Assembly: GCA_032125915.1 (NCBI GenBank)
Contig: JAQBBT010000100.1
Location: 1-27,694, forward strand
Source: Nitrososphaerota archaeon
Lineage (GTDB): Archaea; Thermoproteota; Nitrososphaeria; Nitrososphaerales; Nitrosopumilaceae
DNA length: 27,694 bases
Direction: 5' to 3'
The notes under the pieces are model-generated. The model did not search any database, had not been told where the DNA came from, and saw only the letters and a list, made by a program, of their open reading frames with translations. Positions 16,116 through 24,002 of this stretch are shown piece by piece (positions within the stretch are counted from its first letter, which is position 1; the number at the start of each line of letters is the position of its first letter). Position numbers and translations under genes: made by a program.

Positions 16116-16539
16116 AGAACTCAGGAAATTACTCCAGCAAGTTCATGAGGGAATTACTATTTTTGATTTTGATGGTAAACCGGTCCCTTGTATTATTTTT
16201 GAGGAAAAAAAATACGATGAAATCCTCTCAAAAGTTGCAGGAAAAGCGCTTTCGATAAACACAGATCTTAATATATTACAAGACGGAGTTGGTCATGTTT
16301 TTGTTGAAATTGCATTGACGTTTTCTCAAGGTGGATTTGTAGAAAAAATACTAGTAAATGCAAATAAGGATATTTTATTTTTTGAATCTCTTGCAAAAAC
16401 ATCCATGTTAGCTTTATCATCTCCAAAATCTTCATATGGAAAGGATAATGTGTTTATGATTCAATTACCTAAACCTGAAAAGGCAGAAGATGCGCTTGAA
16501 ATCATCGAAAGAGGATTGAAACAATCTGATGGTAGATGA
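16108..16539 (+). CDS. Hypothetical cytoplasmic protein, 143 aa
   Basis: Clean ORF overlapping the antiporter stop by 8 nt, which suggests an operon. No motif recognised. Confidence 0.8.
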   Translation: MSEELRKLLQQVHEGITIFDFDGKPVPCIIFEEKKYDEILSKVAGKALSINTDLNILQDGVGHVFVEIALTFSQGGFVEKILVNANKDILFFESLAKTSMLALSSPKSSYGKDNVFMIQLPKPEKAEDALEIIERGLKQSDGR

Positions 16540-16540
16540 G

Positions 16541-16617
16541 TGGTGCAGTTACCGGGATTTGAACCCGGGTCACGTACTTGGCAAGCACGAGTACTAACCA
16601 GACTGTACTATAACTGC
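16541..16617 (-). tRNA. tRNA-Gly(GCC), intronless, CCA encoded
   Basis: Cloverleaf: acceptor GCAGTTA/TAACTGC + A + CCA, D-arm GTAC/GTAC, anticodon arm CGTGC-TT[GCC]AA-GTACG, T-arm CCGGG-TTCAAAT-CCCGG. Confidence 0.98.
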
Positions 16618-16641
16618 AACGATCATGAGAAACGAATTTGG

Positions 16642-16649
16642 CTATTAAA
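16642..16649 (-). promoter_or_regulatory. TATA box of tRNA-Gly
   Basis: TTTAATAG lies 25-32 nt upstream of the mature 5' end. Confidence 0.55.
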
Positions 16650-16680
16650 CTGTTTTTAACTATTTCATACCATAAAAGTC

Positions 16681-16944
16681 ATGGATAAAATTCTAAAAAA
16701 TAAAATCGAAGAAAAAATTCAAGAAACTATTTCCAACAAAAATGAAATTAAACAAATTATTTTTTCCCTTTCAAGTATAGATAATTCAAAATCATTTGTT
16801 CTTGGAATCATTGTAGGTAGAATTTACAATGCATTTTACTATCAATCAAAAAGAATTCTAAATCGTGAACCCACAGAAAAAGAATTTCAAGAATTTGTTG
16901 AATTGGTAAAGAGTAAGAAATCTAGTTTTGAAAATTTATGGTGA
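16681..16944 (+). CDS. Small helical hypothetical protein, 87 aa
   Basis: Clean ORF with upstream TTTTTAAC. 'GRIYNAFYYQSKRILNREPT..EF.EF' core. Its 3' end overlaps rpl10e convergently. Confidence 0.75.
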   Translation: MDKILKNKIEEKIQETISNKNEIKQIIFSLSSIDNSKSFVLGIIVGRIYNAFYYQSKRILNREPTEKEFQEFVELVKSKKSSFENLW

Positions 16945-17442
16945 TAATTTTCCGTGTTCAAGTACTATGATCTTTGGTGTTCCTGGTAATTTTACACTTG
17001 CACCTTTTAGTGCTTTTTTTGCAGCCTCTACATGTGGGGCATTTACATATAATTCCATAATACATTGCCCTTGACGGACTCTGGCTCCTAGGCTAGTTGC
17101 TTTTCCCCATGATCTTCTCATTCCTTCTGAAACTCTATCTGCACCTGCAGTTGCAATCTGTTTGTTTTCTCTAAGAAGGTTGTGTGGGTAAATTCGTAAT
17201 CTAGTATAATATCCCTGTTCTCCTGTGGTTTTTTCTAATGTTTTATTTGCTGATAATCTGCATGATTCAATGGCCATGTGTCTAATTTGGATTTTTTCAT
17301 TTGAGAGCAATTGAACACAATATTCATAAATCGCTTTTTTTCCACCTTGGAATTTTGCAATTTTTATCTGTGGTTTACCTTTGATGTATTCTTTTCTTGT
17401 AAATACTTGACCTTTTCCATCTCGATAATTGGCACCATGCAT
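16936..17442 (-). CDS. rpl10e: 50S ribosomal protein L10e (uL16)
   Basis: YTR/FTRKEYI.G.P, QIRH.A.ES.R.SAN, R.YPH..LRENK, GADRVSEGMR.SWGK. Confidence 0.97.
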   Translation of the reverse strand: MHGANYRDGKGQVFTRKEYIKGKPQIKIAKFQGGKKAIYEYCVQLLSNEKIQIRHMAIESCRLSANKTLEKTTGEQGYYTRLRIYPHNLLRENKQIATAGADRVSEGMRRSWGKATSLGARVRQGQCIMELYVNAPHVEAAKKALKGASVKLPGTPKIIVLEHGKLSP

Positions 17443-17587
17443 GATATCCTAAAACAAAAATGCCCATATTTTAACGGTTAGACAACCATAATCACAAAGA
17501 TTTTGTGGAAATTAGGACTTGAACTATCTTTTTGTATCTGCAAATATATTGACATTATGGCAGTTATAGTAAGGGCGATGAGTCAAC

Positions 17588-17863
17588 ATGAAAGATGACA
17601 TTTGTGACTTTTGTAAAGGAGAGGGAAAATCTTCATCTTACGTATGTGTCTATTGCAATGGAACGGGTGAGTGGAATCCTGCTGCACAGGCTTATATGAA
17701 AAATCATATTTGTCAATGTATAGTACTGGATAGAAAATTTTGCCCAATATGCAACAAATTATGTCATCATGATACGACGTTGAATCCAAAACAAAAGATA
17801 GATCCTGGGAATGGCGGTTTGCCATCACAAGAATCGTACAAACCTGAGATTATTGTGGTATAA
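17588..17863 (+). CDS. Small double zinc-finger protein (DnaJ-type CxxCxGxG pair plus a second Cys/His cluster)
   Basis: CDFCKGEG...CVYCNGTG, then HICQC...CPICNKLCHH; no J domain. Confidence 0.8.
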   Translation: MKDDICDFCKGEGKSSSYVCVYCNGTGEWNPAAQAYMKNHICQCIVLDRKFCPICNKLCHHDTTLNPKQKIDPGNGGLPSQESYKPEIIVV

Positions 17864-17968
17864 TTTTATCAAAATTAATTAAATCTAGGTCTTTTGTCTA
17901 TAGCCCCATTTGGAGAACCATCGACTTTGTCAACATAAATATGGAAATCATGTAATTTTATCTTCATT

Positions 17969-18532
17969 ATGGAAGAAACTCCTCTAGTTGAAGGTGAATT
18001 GATTTTCGATCAAACTCTAATTTCTAATAAGGATATGATTCATGAACTTGAACTCAAAGGATATGGGGAAATTGAAAATGGTAAATTACTTTTAAAATTT
18101 TTTGAATCCTTGTATCTGCTTTATTCTGATAGATTAATTCTAAAGAAAGGCAAGAAAAAAATTAATTTTGATGATCTTCTGAATATCTGTCAGAAGCAAG
18201 ATCCAGAAGCACTTACTAAATTTTTGATATATAGGGATTTGAGGAATCGAGGTTATGTGGTAAAAGATGGATTTGGGTTTGGTTCTGACTTTCGAGTTTA
18301 CGAAAGAGGACACTTCGGTGAAAAGGGAGCAAAGTTCTTAATATTTGGTCTCAATGAAGGTCAACAAGAAAAGATGGGAAATCTTCAGAAAAAAGTTGAA
18401 CAAATTACTCAAATGGGAAAAGAACCAATTATTGCAGTAATAGAAAGAAGAGGGGAAGTAATCTATTACAAAATTAACAGAATGAATTTTTACGAAAACA
18501 AAGCCCGCGTGGAAGAGTCCTTCAAGATTTAA
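17969..18532 (+). CDS. endA: tRNA-splicing endonuclease subunit, probably the structural (beta) subunit
   Basis: FLIYRDLRNRGYVVK.G.GFGSDFRVYERG is EndA-like. The catalytic His position ('HS.YLV') reads GAKFLI. Confidence 0.85.
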   Translation: MEETPLVEGELIFDQTLISNKDMIHELELKGYGEIENGKLLLKFFESLYLLYSDRLILKKGKKKINFDDLLNICQKQDPEALTKFLIYRDLRNRGYVVKDGFGFGSDFRVYERGHFGEKGAKFLIFGLNEGQQEKMGNLQKKVEQITQMGKEPIIAVIERRGEVIYYKINRMNFYENKARVEESFKI

Positions 18533-19185
18533 ACATTGTAAGCCCATTCAGATGAGAATTTTAGCAAGCTATTTTCTTCTGCATACAAAAAATCATAAAC
18601 ATCGACATACTTTGTTTTGTTTTCCCACAATTCTTGAAAATCCTTTCTTTTCCTATCTACTCTTGATTTATCGTTCCAAGAAGTAAAAACGTCTACGGAC
18701 TCAAAATCACGGGTTTGATTTGAAAATGATTCTTTTGATGTTCCTGTAAATGCAACCATTTGATCATGCTCATCCAAAAACAGTCCAATTCTCTCGGAAA
18801 ATGAATTTGTAATTTGCTCTGAGTTTGGAATGGCAACTTTTAGCTCAATTTGGCCATTATTTACAATATCTTGGAGTTTTTGGATTTTTGTGTCTTTGAT
18901 TAGACTCCCATCAAATCTTTTGGTATATTTTTCAGAAAAAAGTTTGGTCAAAATATTAAGATCTAAGTTCTTAAACCTGTGTCCCGTCACCATTCGTACT
19001 TTTGCTTTTCCTGAAGAGAAATTATCAAACGCCATCGCAATGGTAGCCAATGTTTGAATTGATAAAAAATCCACACATCTATCATATTCTATACAATGAC
19101 TAAGACACGGAAAGAAAAATTCTGCTACAATATCGTCTTTATCTGAACGATATTCCTCTTTTAATCCGATATCTCTAAGGCCCAA
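18529..19185 (-). CDS. Stand-alone PLD-like domain homologous to the N-terminus of PLD-SF2 helicase fusions; catalytic motif degenerate
   Basis: EYRS..DDIV.EFF.P.L....YDR.V.F.S and FESVDVF.SW match that family. The usual HEK.G...FSGS.N reads SERIG...FTGTSK. Confidence 0.7.
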   Translation of the reverse strand: MGLRDIGLKEEYRSDKDDIVAEFFFPCLSHCIEYDRCVDFLSIQTLATIAMAFDNFSSGKAKVRMVTGHRFKNLDLNILTKLFSEKYTKRFDGSLIKDTKIQKLQDIVNNGQIELKVAIPNSEQITNSFSERIGLFLDEHDQMVAFTGTSKESFSNQTRDFESVDVFTSWNDKSRVDRKRKDFQELWENKTKYVDVYDFLYAEENSLLKFSSEWAYNV

Positions 19186-19292
19186 TGTTAGTTGATTATG
19201 ATTTTGTTATTTAAATAAACAATTTTTTAATAATTCAAAAATTCTAATAATCATTACGCATTTCATAAATACTCATTTTTAATCATATACTT

Positions 19293-20075
19293 ATGAACAA
19301 ACAAGTAGTAATTTCAACACTTGCAGGAATAATTATTGTTCTGGCATTTATTGTAGCTACAACACTTGCAGAAAATCAAGCAGCAGCAGAAACAACTCCT
19401 TTCCCTTCCCGTGAAAAGGTAATCTCCGTGGTAGGTGTTGCTACTACTTCTGTAGAGCCTGATTTACTTGTGATCACCTTTGGAGTTGAAAATCAAGAAA
19501 AATTAGCAAGGGATGCATTGTTTGCAAATTCTGAATCAATGACATCAATTGTAGATGCCATACAATCTTTAGGAATTTCTGAAGATGAAATCAGTACCTC
19601 GAGAATCAGCATCTATCCAATTTATGACAACTACCGAGATCCTGTCACTGAAAAATACACTCAAGAGCTAATTGGGTATCGTGTGACTAATACCATTTCT
19701 GTAGAAACTAGTCAACTTGACAAAGCAGCAGACATTATTGATGGTGCAGTTTCCTCTGGAGCAAATAGGGTGGATAACGTATCTTTTACTCTCTCTCCAC
19801 AAAAACAACTTGATGTAAAAGATGATCTTTTAGGTAAAGCAGTTCTTAATGCAAAAAAGAAAGCAGAAAATGCACTATCTCCTCTAGATCATAAAATTAT
19901 TGGAGTAAAGGCAGTTACTTTGTCTGAATTTGGAATGCCTCCACCCATGCCTGTATTTAGTGCATCAGGGGCATTTGCAGAAGATGCAGTATTCAAATCC
20001 TCTACACCTGTATTCTCTTCAGACCAAGATATCACTACCACTGCAAGTGTAATATTTCTCATTGGAAGCAACTAG
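19293..20075 (+). CDS. SIMPL (DUF541) domain secreted protein
   Basis: N-terminal signal/TM, ISV.G.A...VEPD, GYRVTNTISV, GANRVDNVSF, AVLNAKKKA..L. Confidence 0.92.
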   Translation: MNKQVVISTLAGIIIVLAFIVATTLAENQAAAETTPFPSREKVISVVGVATTSVEPDLLVITFGVENQEKLARDALFANSESMTSIVDAIQSLGISEDEISTSRISIYPIYDNYRDPVTEKYTQELIGYRVTNTISVETSQLDKAADIIDGAVSSGANRVDNVSFTLSPQKQLDVKDDLLGKAVLNAKKKAENALSPLDHKIIGVKAVTLSEFGMPPPMPVFSASGAFAEDAVFKSSTPVFSSDQDITTTASVIFLIGSN

Positions 20076-20076
20076 C

Positions 20077-20091
20077 TTCTTTTTTTATTTT
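20077..20091 (+). terminator. Oligo-T archaeal terminator after the SIMPL gene
   Basis: TTCTTTTTTTATTTT immediately after the stop codon. Confidence 0.5.
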
Positions 20092-20185
20092 CAAAATATT
20101 TTAACACGTACAATTACTTTGAGTGCTAAAAACAGAAAAAATTAACAAAACTGATTTTAATCTAGTTTTCTTAAAAAAAATCAAA

Positions 20186-20941
20186 ATGGAATCAGGTCTG
20201 AATACAAATAAGGAGAGAAACCTCTTAATTGACTCTATCCAGTATAGACTATTTTATGCTGAAATAAATTTGGATAAAATACCCACTTCGATTCCATTAG
20301 ATATTTTCCCCAAAGATAAAATCGCCACTGAGATTGCCATGGATGGATTTTTGTTTTATGCAAATGGATCCTTGGACTTGGTTTTTGCCGAAATTAATAA
20401 AAAACTCAATTTGGGGTTGCTTCCTAATCAAATCCATCCATTAGATATTCTCAAGGCACTTGAGGAGAAGCATACAGATGAAGCAAAGGCAATGATTGAA
20501 GAATTTCAAAAATATTTTCAAAAACCCATCCATGAAGAAAAAATAATTTCTGATCAAGAATTTAATGATGGTCTTAACCGATACGGCTATGACATAATTG
20601 GATTTCATGCTGAATACGAAAGTAGAGGTCAAGTGAAATACCAACATTTTTGGAATCGGGTAAGTAGTAGATTGTGGGAGATTAGAAATCAACAAAATTT
20701 GGAATCTTATGACTCTCTTTTAAAAAATGCAGGAAAACGAGGTAAAGACAAACCACGAAATTATTTGCGAGTAAAAATTTCAGATGATGATCACCCTTCT
20801 GTTTTTTGGGACTCTGCTCATTATGAAAACCCAAAAAGATACTATACAAACATCTTATCTCTTGTTAAACAATTCATTGATAGAATGCTTGAAGTTTTAA
20901 AGTCACAATATCCTCCAGATTCTAATCTTGAACAAAAATAG
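20186..20941 (+). CDS. Hypothetical alpha-helical protein, possibly HEPN-like (Cthe_2314-type)
   Basis: DGFLFYANGSLDLVFAEINKKLNLGL resembles the N-terminal block of that family, and EIRN sits at the Rx4-6H position but without the His. The ORF track starts at GTG 20123; ATG 20186 is more likely. Confidence 0.5.
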   Translation: MESGLNTNKERNLLIDSIQYRLFYAEINLDKIPTSIPLDIFPKDKIATEIAMDGFLFYANGSLDLVFAEINKKLNLGLLPNQIHPLDILKALEEKHTDEAKAMIEEFQKYFQKPIHEEKIISDQEFNDGLNRYGYDIIGFHAEYESRGQVKYQHFWNRVSSRLWEIRNQQNLESYDSLLKNAGKRGKDKPRNYLRVKISDDDHPSVFWDSAHYENPKRYYTNILSLVKQFIDRMLEVLKSQYPPDSNLEQK

Positions 20942-21090
20942 GGAACTTGAATTTTAATTAGATTTGAATGGATCATGTGTTTTATTCCTAGAATGAAGCC
21001 AAAAATTGGAACCATTATTGATTTTATGCTTAACTCTGCTTAAATTTTGATAGTAAATGTTAAAAGATAAAATAAGCACCAGATTATCTA

Positions 21091-21429
21091 ATGAGGAAAC
21101 TTGTTTTCTTACTTCCATTGTTTATGTTTAGCGTGGGGATGGCATATGCTGACCCCCTAGAAAACATTCAAACATCTGTTTTGGATTATGCCAATAACAC
21201 GGCCACAGTTCAAATTACTTGGAACGTGGATGAAAATATTTCTTCTTACAAAATAGGATGCGTCAGTTGTTTTCCAAATACTGTGGAATCTACTTCTGAA
21301 AATAGTGTCACTATCAACAATGTCACTACATTTCCAAATAGCTCCACTGCGATGCTTTATGCCTTAGCTTATGATTTGGAAAATAATCTTATTGCTGCAA
21401 AACAAATTTTTGTCAATTTAACTCAGTAA
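21091..21429 (+). CDS. Secreted beta-rich hypothetical protein with a CxxC motif
   Basis: Signal peptide MRKLVFLLPLFMFSVGMAYA-D; YKIGCVSCFP; alternating beta-strand pattern. Confidence 0.8.
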   Translation: MRKLVFLLPLFMFSVGMAYADPLENIQTSVLDYANNTATVQITWNVDENISSYKIGCVSCFPNTVESTSENSVTINNVTTFPNSSTAMLYALAYDLENNLIAAKQIFVNLTQ

Positions 21430-21440
21430 TTTAGAAAAAA

Positions 21441-21890
21441 ATGACACAAAATGAAATCAAACAAGAAATTGAGATAGATGCTTCACAAGAGATAGTATTT
21501 AATGCAATTTCAGATCCAAAAAAGCTTACCAATTGGTTTCCAGATGTTGCGATATTGGAACCAAAAGTTGGTGGTAAATTCAAGATTTCATTTTTAAAAG
21601 ATTCAAAAAAGCCTAAAATGAAAATGGACAGAGATTTTATCAATGAAGGGCGAGTTCTTGAGATTGTTCTGAATAAAAAACTTGTACATACTTGGCAATG
21701 GGCTATGTTTTTTGACTTTCCTGAAACTATTGTGACATGGGAATTGAAACCTGTAAGTAATAATAAAACTAGATTAATGTTAACACATACAGGATTTACG
21801 GGTAAGGAAGAAGGTCCAGCAAGCTTAGAGGAACACAACAAGGGATGGTCATTCTTTCTTAATGAGTTAATTTTGTATTGCCAGAAATAG
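21441..21890 (+). CDS. SRPBCC/AHSA1 (START-like) domain protein
   Basis: IEIDASQEIVFNAISDP..L..WF, GG.F, LVHTW, T.VT.EL....NKTRL.LTHTGF, H.KGW..FL..L. Confidence 0.93.
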   Translation: MTQNEIKQEIEIDASQEIVFNAISDPKKLTNWFPDVAILEPKVGGKFKISFLKDSKKPKMKMDRDFINEGRVLEIVLNKKLVHTWQWAMFFDFPETIVTWELKPVSNNKTRLMLTHTGFTGKEEGPASLEEHNKGWSFFLNELILYCQK

Positions 21891-21964
21891 TGTTTTTCTG
21901 ATTAAAATATGTTAAAGCATCAAAGAAACGCATTAGTTATTTACGAAAGAAAAAAACAAAACTT

Positions 21965-23023
21965 GTGAAAAATAATCCTCCATCTTCTGAGATCTCATCA
22001 TCTGAATGGTTATCACTAAACCGATTCCTCCATGAGGTAAAACAGATTGACTCTGCATGCGTATCTGTCTATTATCCTTATGGCAAGGGAGGCGACACCA
22101 TATCTTTACTAGAGGAAACAAAGAGGAAAGAGCCATTTGAGAAAATAGAATCAGAAATTGAAAAAAGAATTAGATATCTTAAAGAGAATCCCTCTTCTGC
22201 AGGCAAGTTTACAAAAACTCTATGTATTTTTGGATGGATAAAAAATGGTAAAGTAAGCATAAAAGAAATTGGAACCTCAAAAAAACTACCTTACATCTAC
22301 ATGGTAGATAAAAGACCATACATTAAGCCATTTTGTGACGTTCTCAAAACTAATTATGATGTTTTGTTAGTTACACTGGATCAAAAATCTGCAAAAATAC
22401 AGAAATTTCATGGAAGTCAGATAATTCAAGAAGCTAAACTCCGAATTGATTTACAAGGACGACATAGAAAAGGGGGACAGAGTCAAGGAAGGTTCCTAAG
22501 AGCAAGACAAACCAAAATTCATGTTTTCTTTAAAAAAGTTGCAAACAAAGTAAAAACTATGGATTCAAATTCTGATCTAATATTGTTGGGAGGAAATGGT
22601 CCTGCCAAAACAGAATTTTATGGCGAACTTGATTCAGAATTGGTAAAAAAATGTCGATTTGTAGAGAATTTGTCTTTTTCTACTCCGTTAAATAAGGTTC
22701 ATGAGAAATTAATCCATCATCTGTATCAGCATAGAAGAAAATATGTTACAGAAATTATTGAAAAATACGAAAAACTAGTTAAAGAAGGACTAACTGCAAA
22801 AAGAAACGATGTTATTTACAATGCCTTGGAAATTGGAGCAGTAGATACGCTAATAGTTTCAGCAGACTATCACACCAATTTTCAATTCAAGAAAATAATG
22901 AAAATGTTGGAGATTGCAGAACATACATCATCTAAAATAGAGTTTGCAGTTTCTCCAAAAATCATCAAAAAACTAGATCTTGATAATTCAGTTTTAGCCA
23001 TACTTCGATACAGAATAAAATAA
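21965..23023 (+). CDS. aRF1/eRF1 paralogue (bacterial-archaeal eRF1-like) with intact GGQ and degenerate codon-recognition domain
   Basis: HRKGGQSQGRF at 22472-22480; eRF1 domains 2 and 3 recognisable (LILLGG.GP.K..F, ALE.GAVDTLIVS, AILRY). No NIKS motif; YxCxxxF reads YMVDKRP. Confidence 0.85.
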   Translation: MKNNPPSSEISSSEWLSLNRFLHEVKQIDSACVSVYYPYGKGGDTISLLEETKRKEPFEKIESEIEKRIRYLKENPSSAGKFTKTLCIFGWIKNGKVSIKEIGTSKKLPYIYMVDKRPYIKPFCDVLKTNYDVLLVTLDQKSAKIQKFHGSQIIQEAKLRIDLQGRHRKGGQSQGRFLRARQTKIHVFFKKVANKVKTMDSNSDLILLGGNGPAKTEFYGELDSELVKKCRFVENLSFSTPLNKVHEKLIHHLYQHRRKYVTEIIEKYEKLVKEGLTAKRNDVIYNALEIGAVDTLIVSADYHTNFQFKKIMKMLEIAEHTSSKIEFAVSPKIIKKLDLDNSVLAILRYRIK

Positions 23024-23229
23024 TTCCAAATATTGTTGAGATCTAAACTAAATACAATACTCGTATCGGGATTTACCAAATTGGTTTAATATTACAACAT
23101 CATTTGTGCCTAGGTTTTAACAATATTGTAAATTGTCAGTAAAAAGTGATCCATTCTTTTACAGATGATTTTTTGAATGGTTAATAGATTTCAAAAAGGC
23201 TGGTTTTCATTTTCTCTTTACCCTGAATT

Positions 23230-23649
23230 TCAAGTCACTGTGAAAGTCTTTTCTTCTTGAAACTTTTTGCCCTCCTTATTTGAAAATTCACCTGTTACAA
23301 TATACTCCCCAGATTCGGTTAGAATTAATTCCAAGGTTGTAATGTCGATATTAATAAATTCAAAATCTTTGCTGATCTCTTCGGTGCAACCAATATCTAT
23401 TGATCTACCATCAATTTGTTTATTTTCTTTTTTAACTTGTACCTCATAAGACCCGCATTCACTTCCATATCCATTAAGAAACAGTGAAAATGTTAATTCT
23501 TCACCAACTACATATTGCTCTTCAATTCCGGATAATCCTAATTTGTAATATGGTTCTTTTTCTGCTTCTTTACGCTGGTCAGATGCAAAGAGGGACAAAA
23601 TAATTATGACTGGAATTACAATGAGAAGGATTTTTGAAATATTTTTCAA
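23230..23649 (-). CDS. Membrane-anchored or secreted Ig-like hypothetical protein
   Basis: N-terminal hydrophobic helix, beta-strand pattern with Y.VGE.L.F and GEY.V.G.F, two Cys. Confidence 0.75.
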   Translation of the reverse strand: MKNISKILLIVIPVIIILSLFASDQRKEAEKEPYYKLGLSGIEEQYVVGEELTFSLFLNGYGSECGSYEVQVKKENKQIDGRSIDIGCTEEISKDFEFINIDITTLELILTESGEYIVTGEFSNKEGKKFQEEKTFTVT

Positions 23650-23794
23650 CCTATCTTAAAAAACAAATCATTTGTAAATAAAATATACGGAGGATAAAAA
23701 TAATTTCTTAAATCAAATTTAGTATGAAAAAAATCCAACTGACATGAAACTAAATATTCTAAGTTCATTCTAGTTTTATGAGGGGGTTTAATGA

Positions 23795-23920
23795 ATGCCC
23801 AAACTGTGTACAAAACAGATCGAGTGTTCCATTAAGATAGATGATACTTCTAGAATCTGCCCATTATGTGAATTAATTTATCGGATGAAACATCATCTTG
23901 ATACTTTTCGAAAAATGTAA
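23795..23920 (+). CDS. 41-aa Cys-rich microprotein (putative Zn-binding)
   Basis: Not in the ORF track. MPKLCTKQIECSIKIDDTSRICPLCELIYRMKHHLDTFRKM*, with SD-like GAGGGGG 8 nt upstream. Confidence 0.5.
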   Translation: MPKLCTKQIECSIKIDDTSRICPLCELIYRMKHHLDTFRKM

Positions 23921-24002
23921 ACATGTGATATCTGCTATTTTTTTAAAATTTTCATTCTCCAAAAATGAACCTACTTTATCTAACAAGAGTAAAAAAATCT
24001 AG

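Noticed and set aside
16541-16617. tRNA-Gly as the attachment site of an integrated element
   Set aside because: No duplicate of the tRNA 3' end and no integrase in the window; flanking genes look like core genes.
17875-17967. 30-aa minus-strand ORF MKIKLHDFHIYVDKVDGSPNGAIDKRPRFN
   Set aside because: It starts 1 nt from the divergent endA ATG, leaving no promoter space, and has no motif.
21091-21429. c-type cytochrome
   Set aside because: The motif is CVSCF, not CxxCH.
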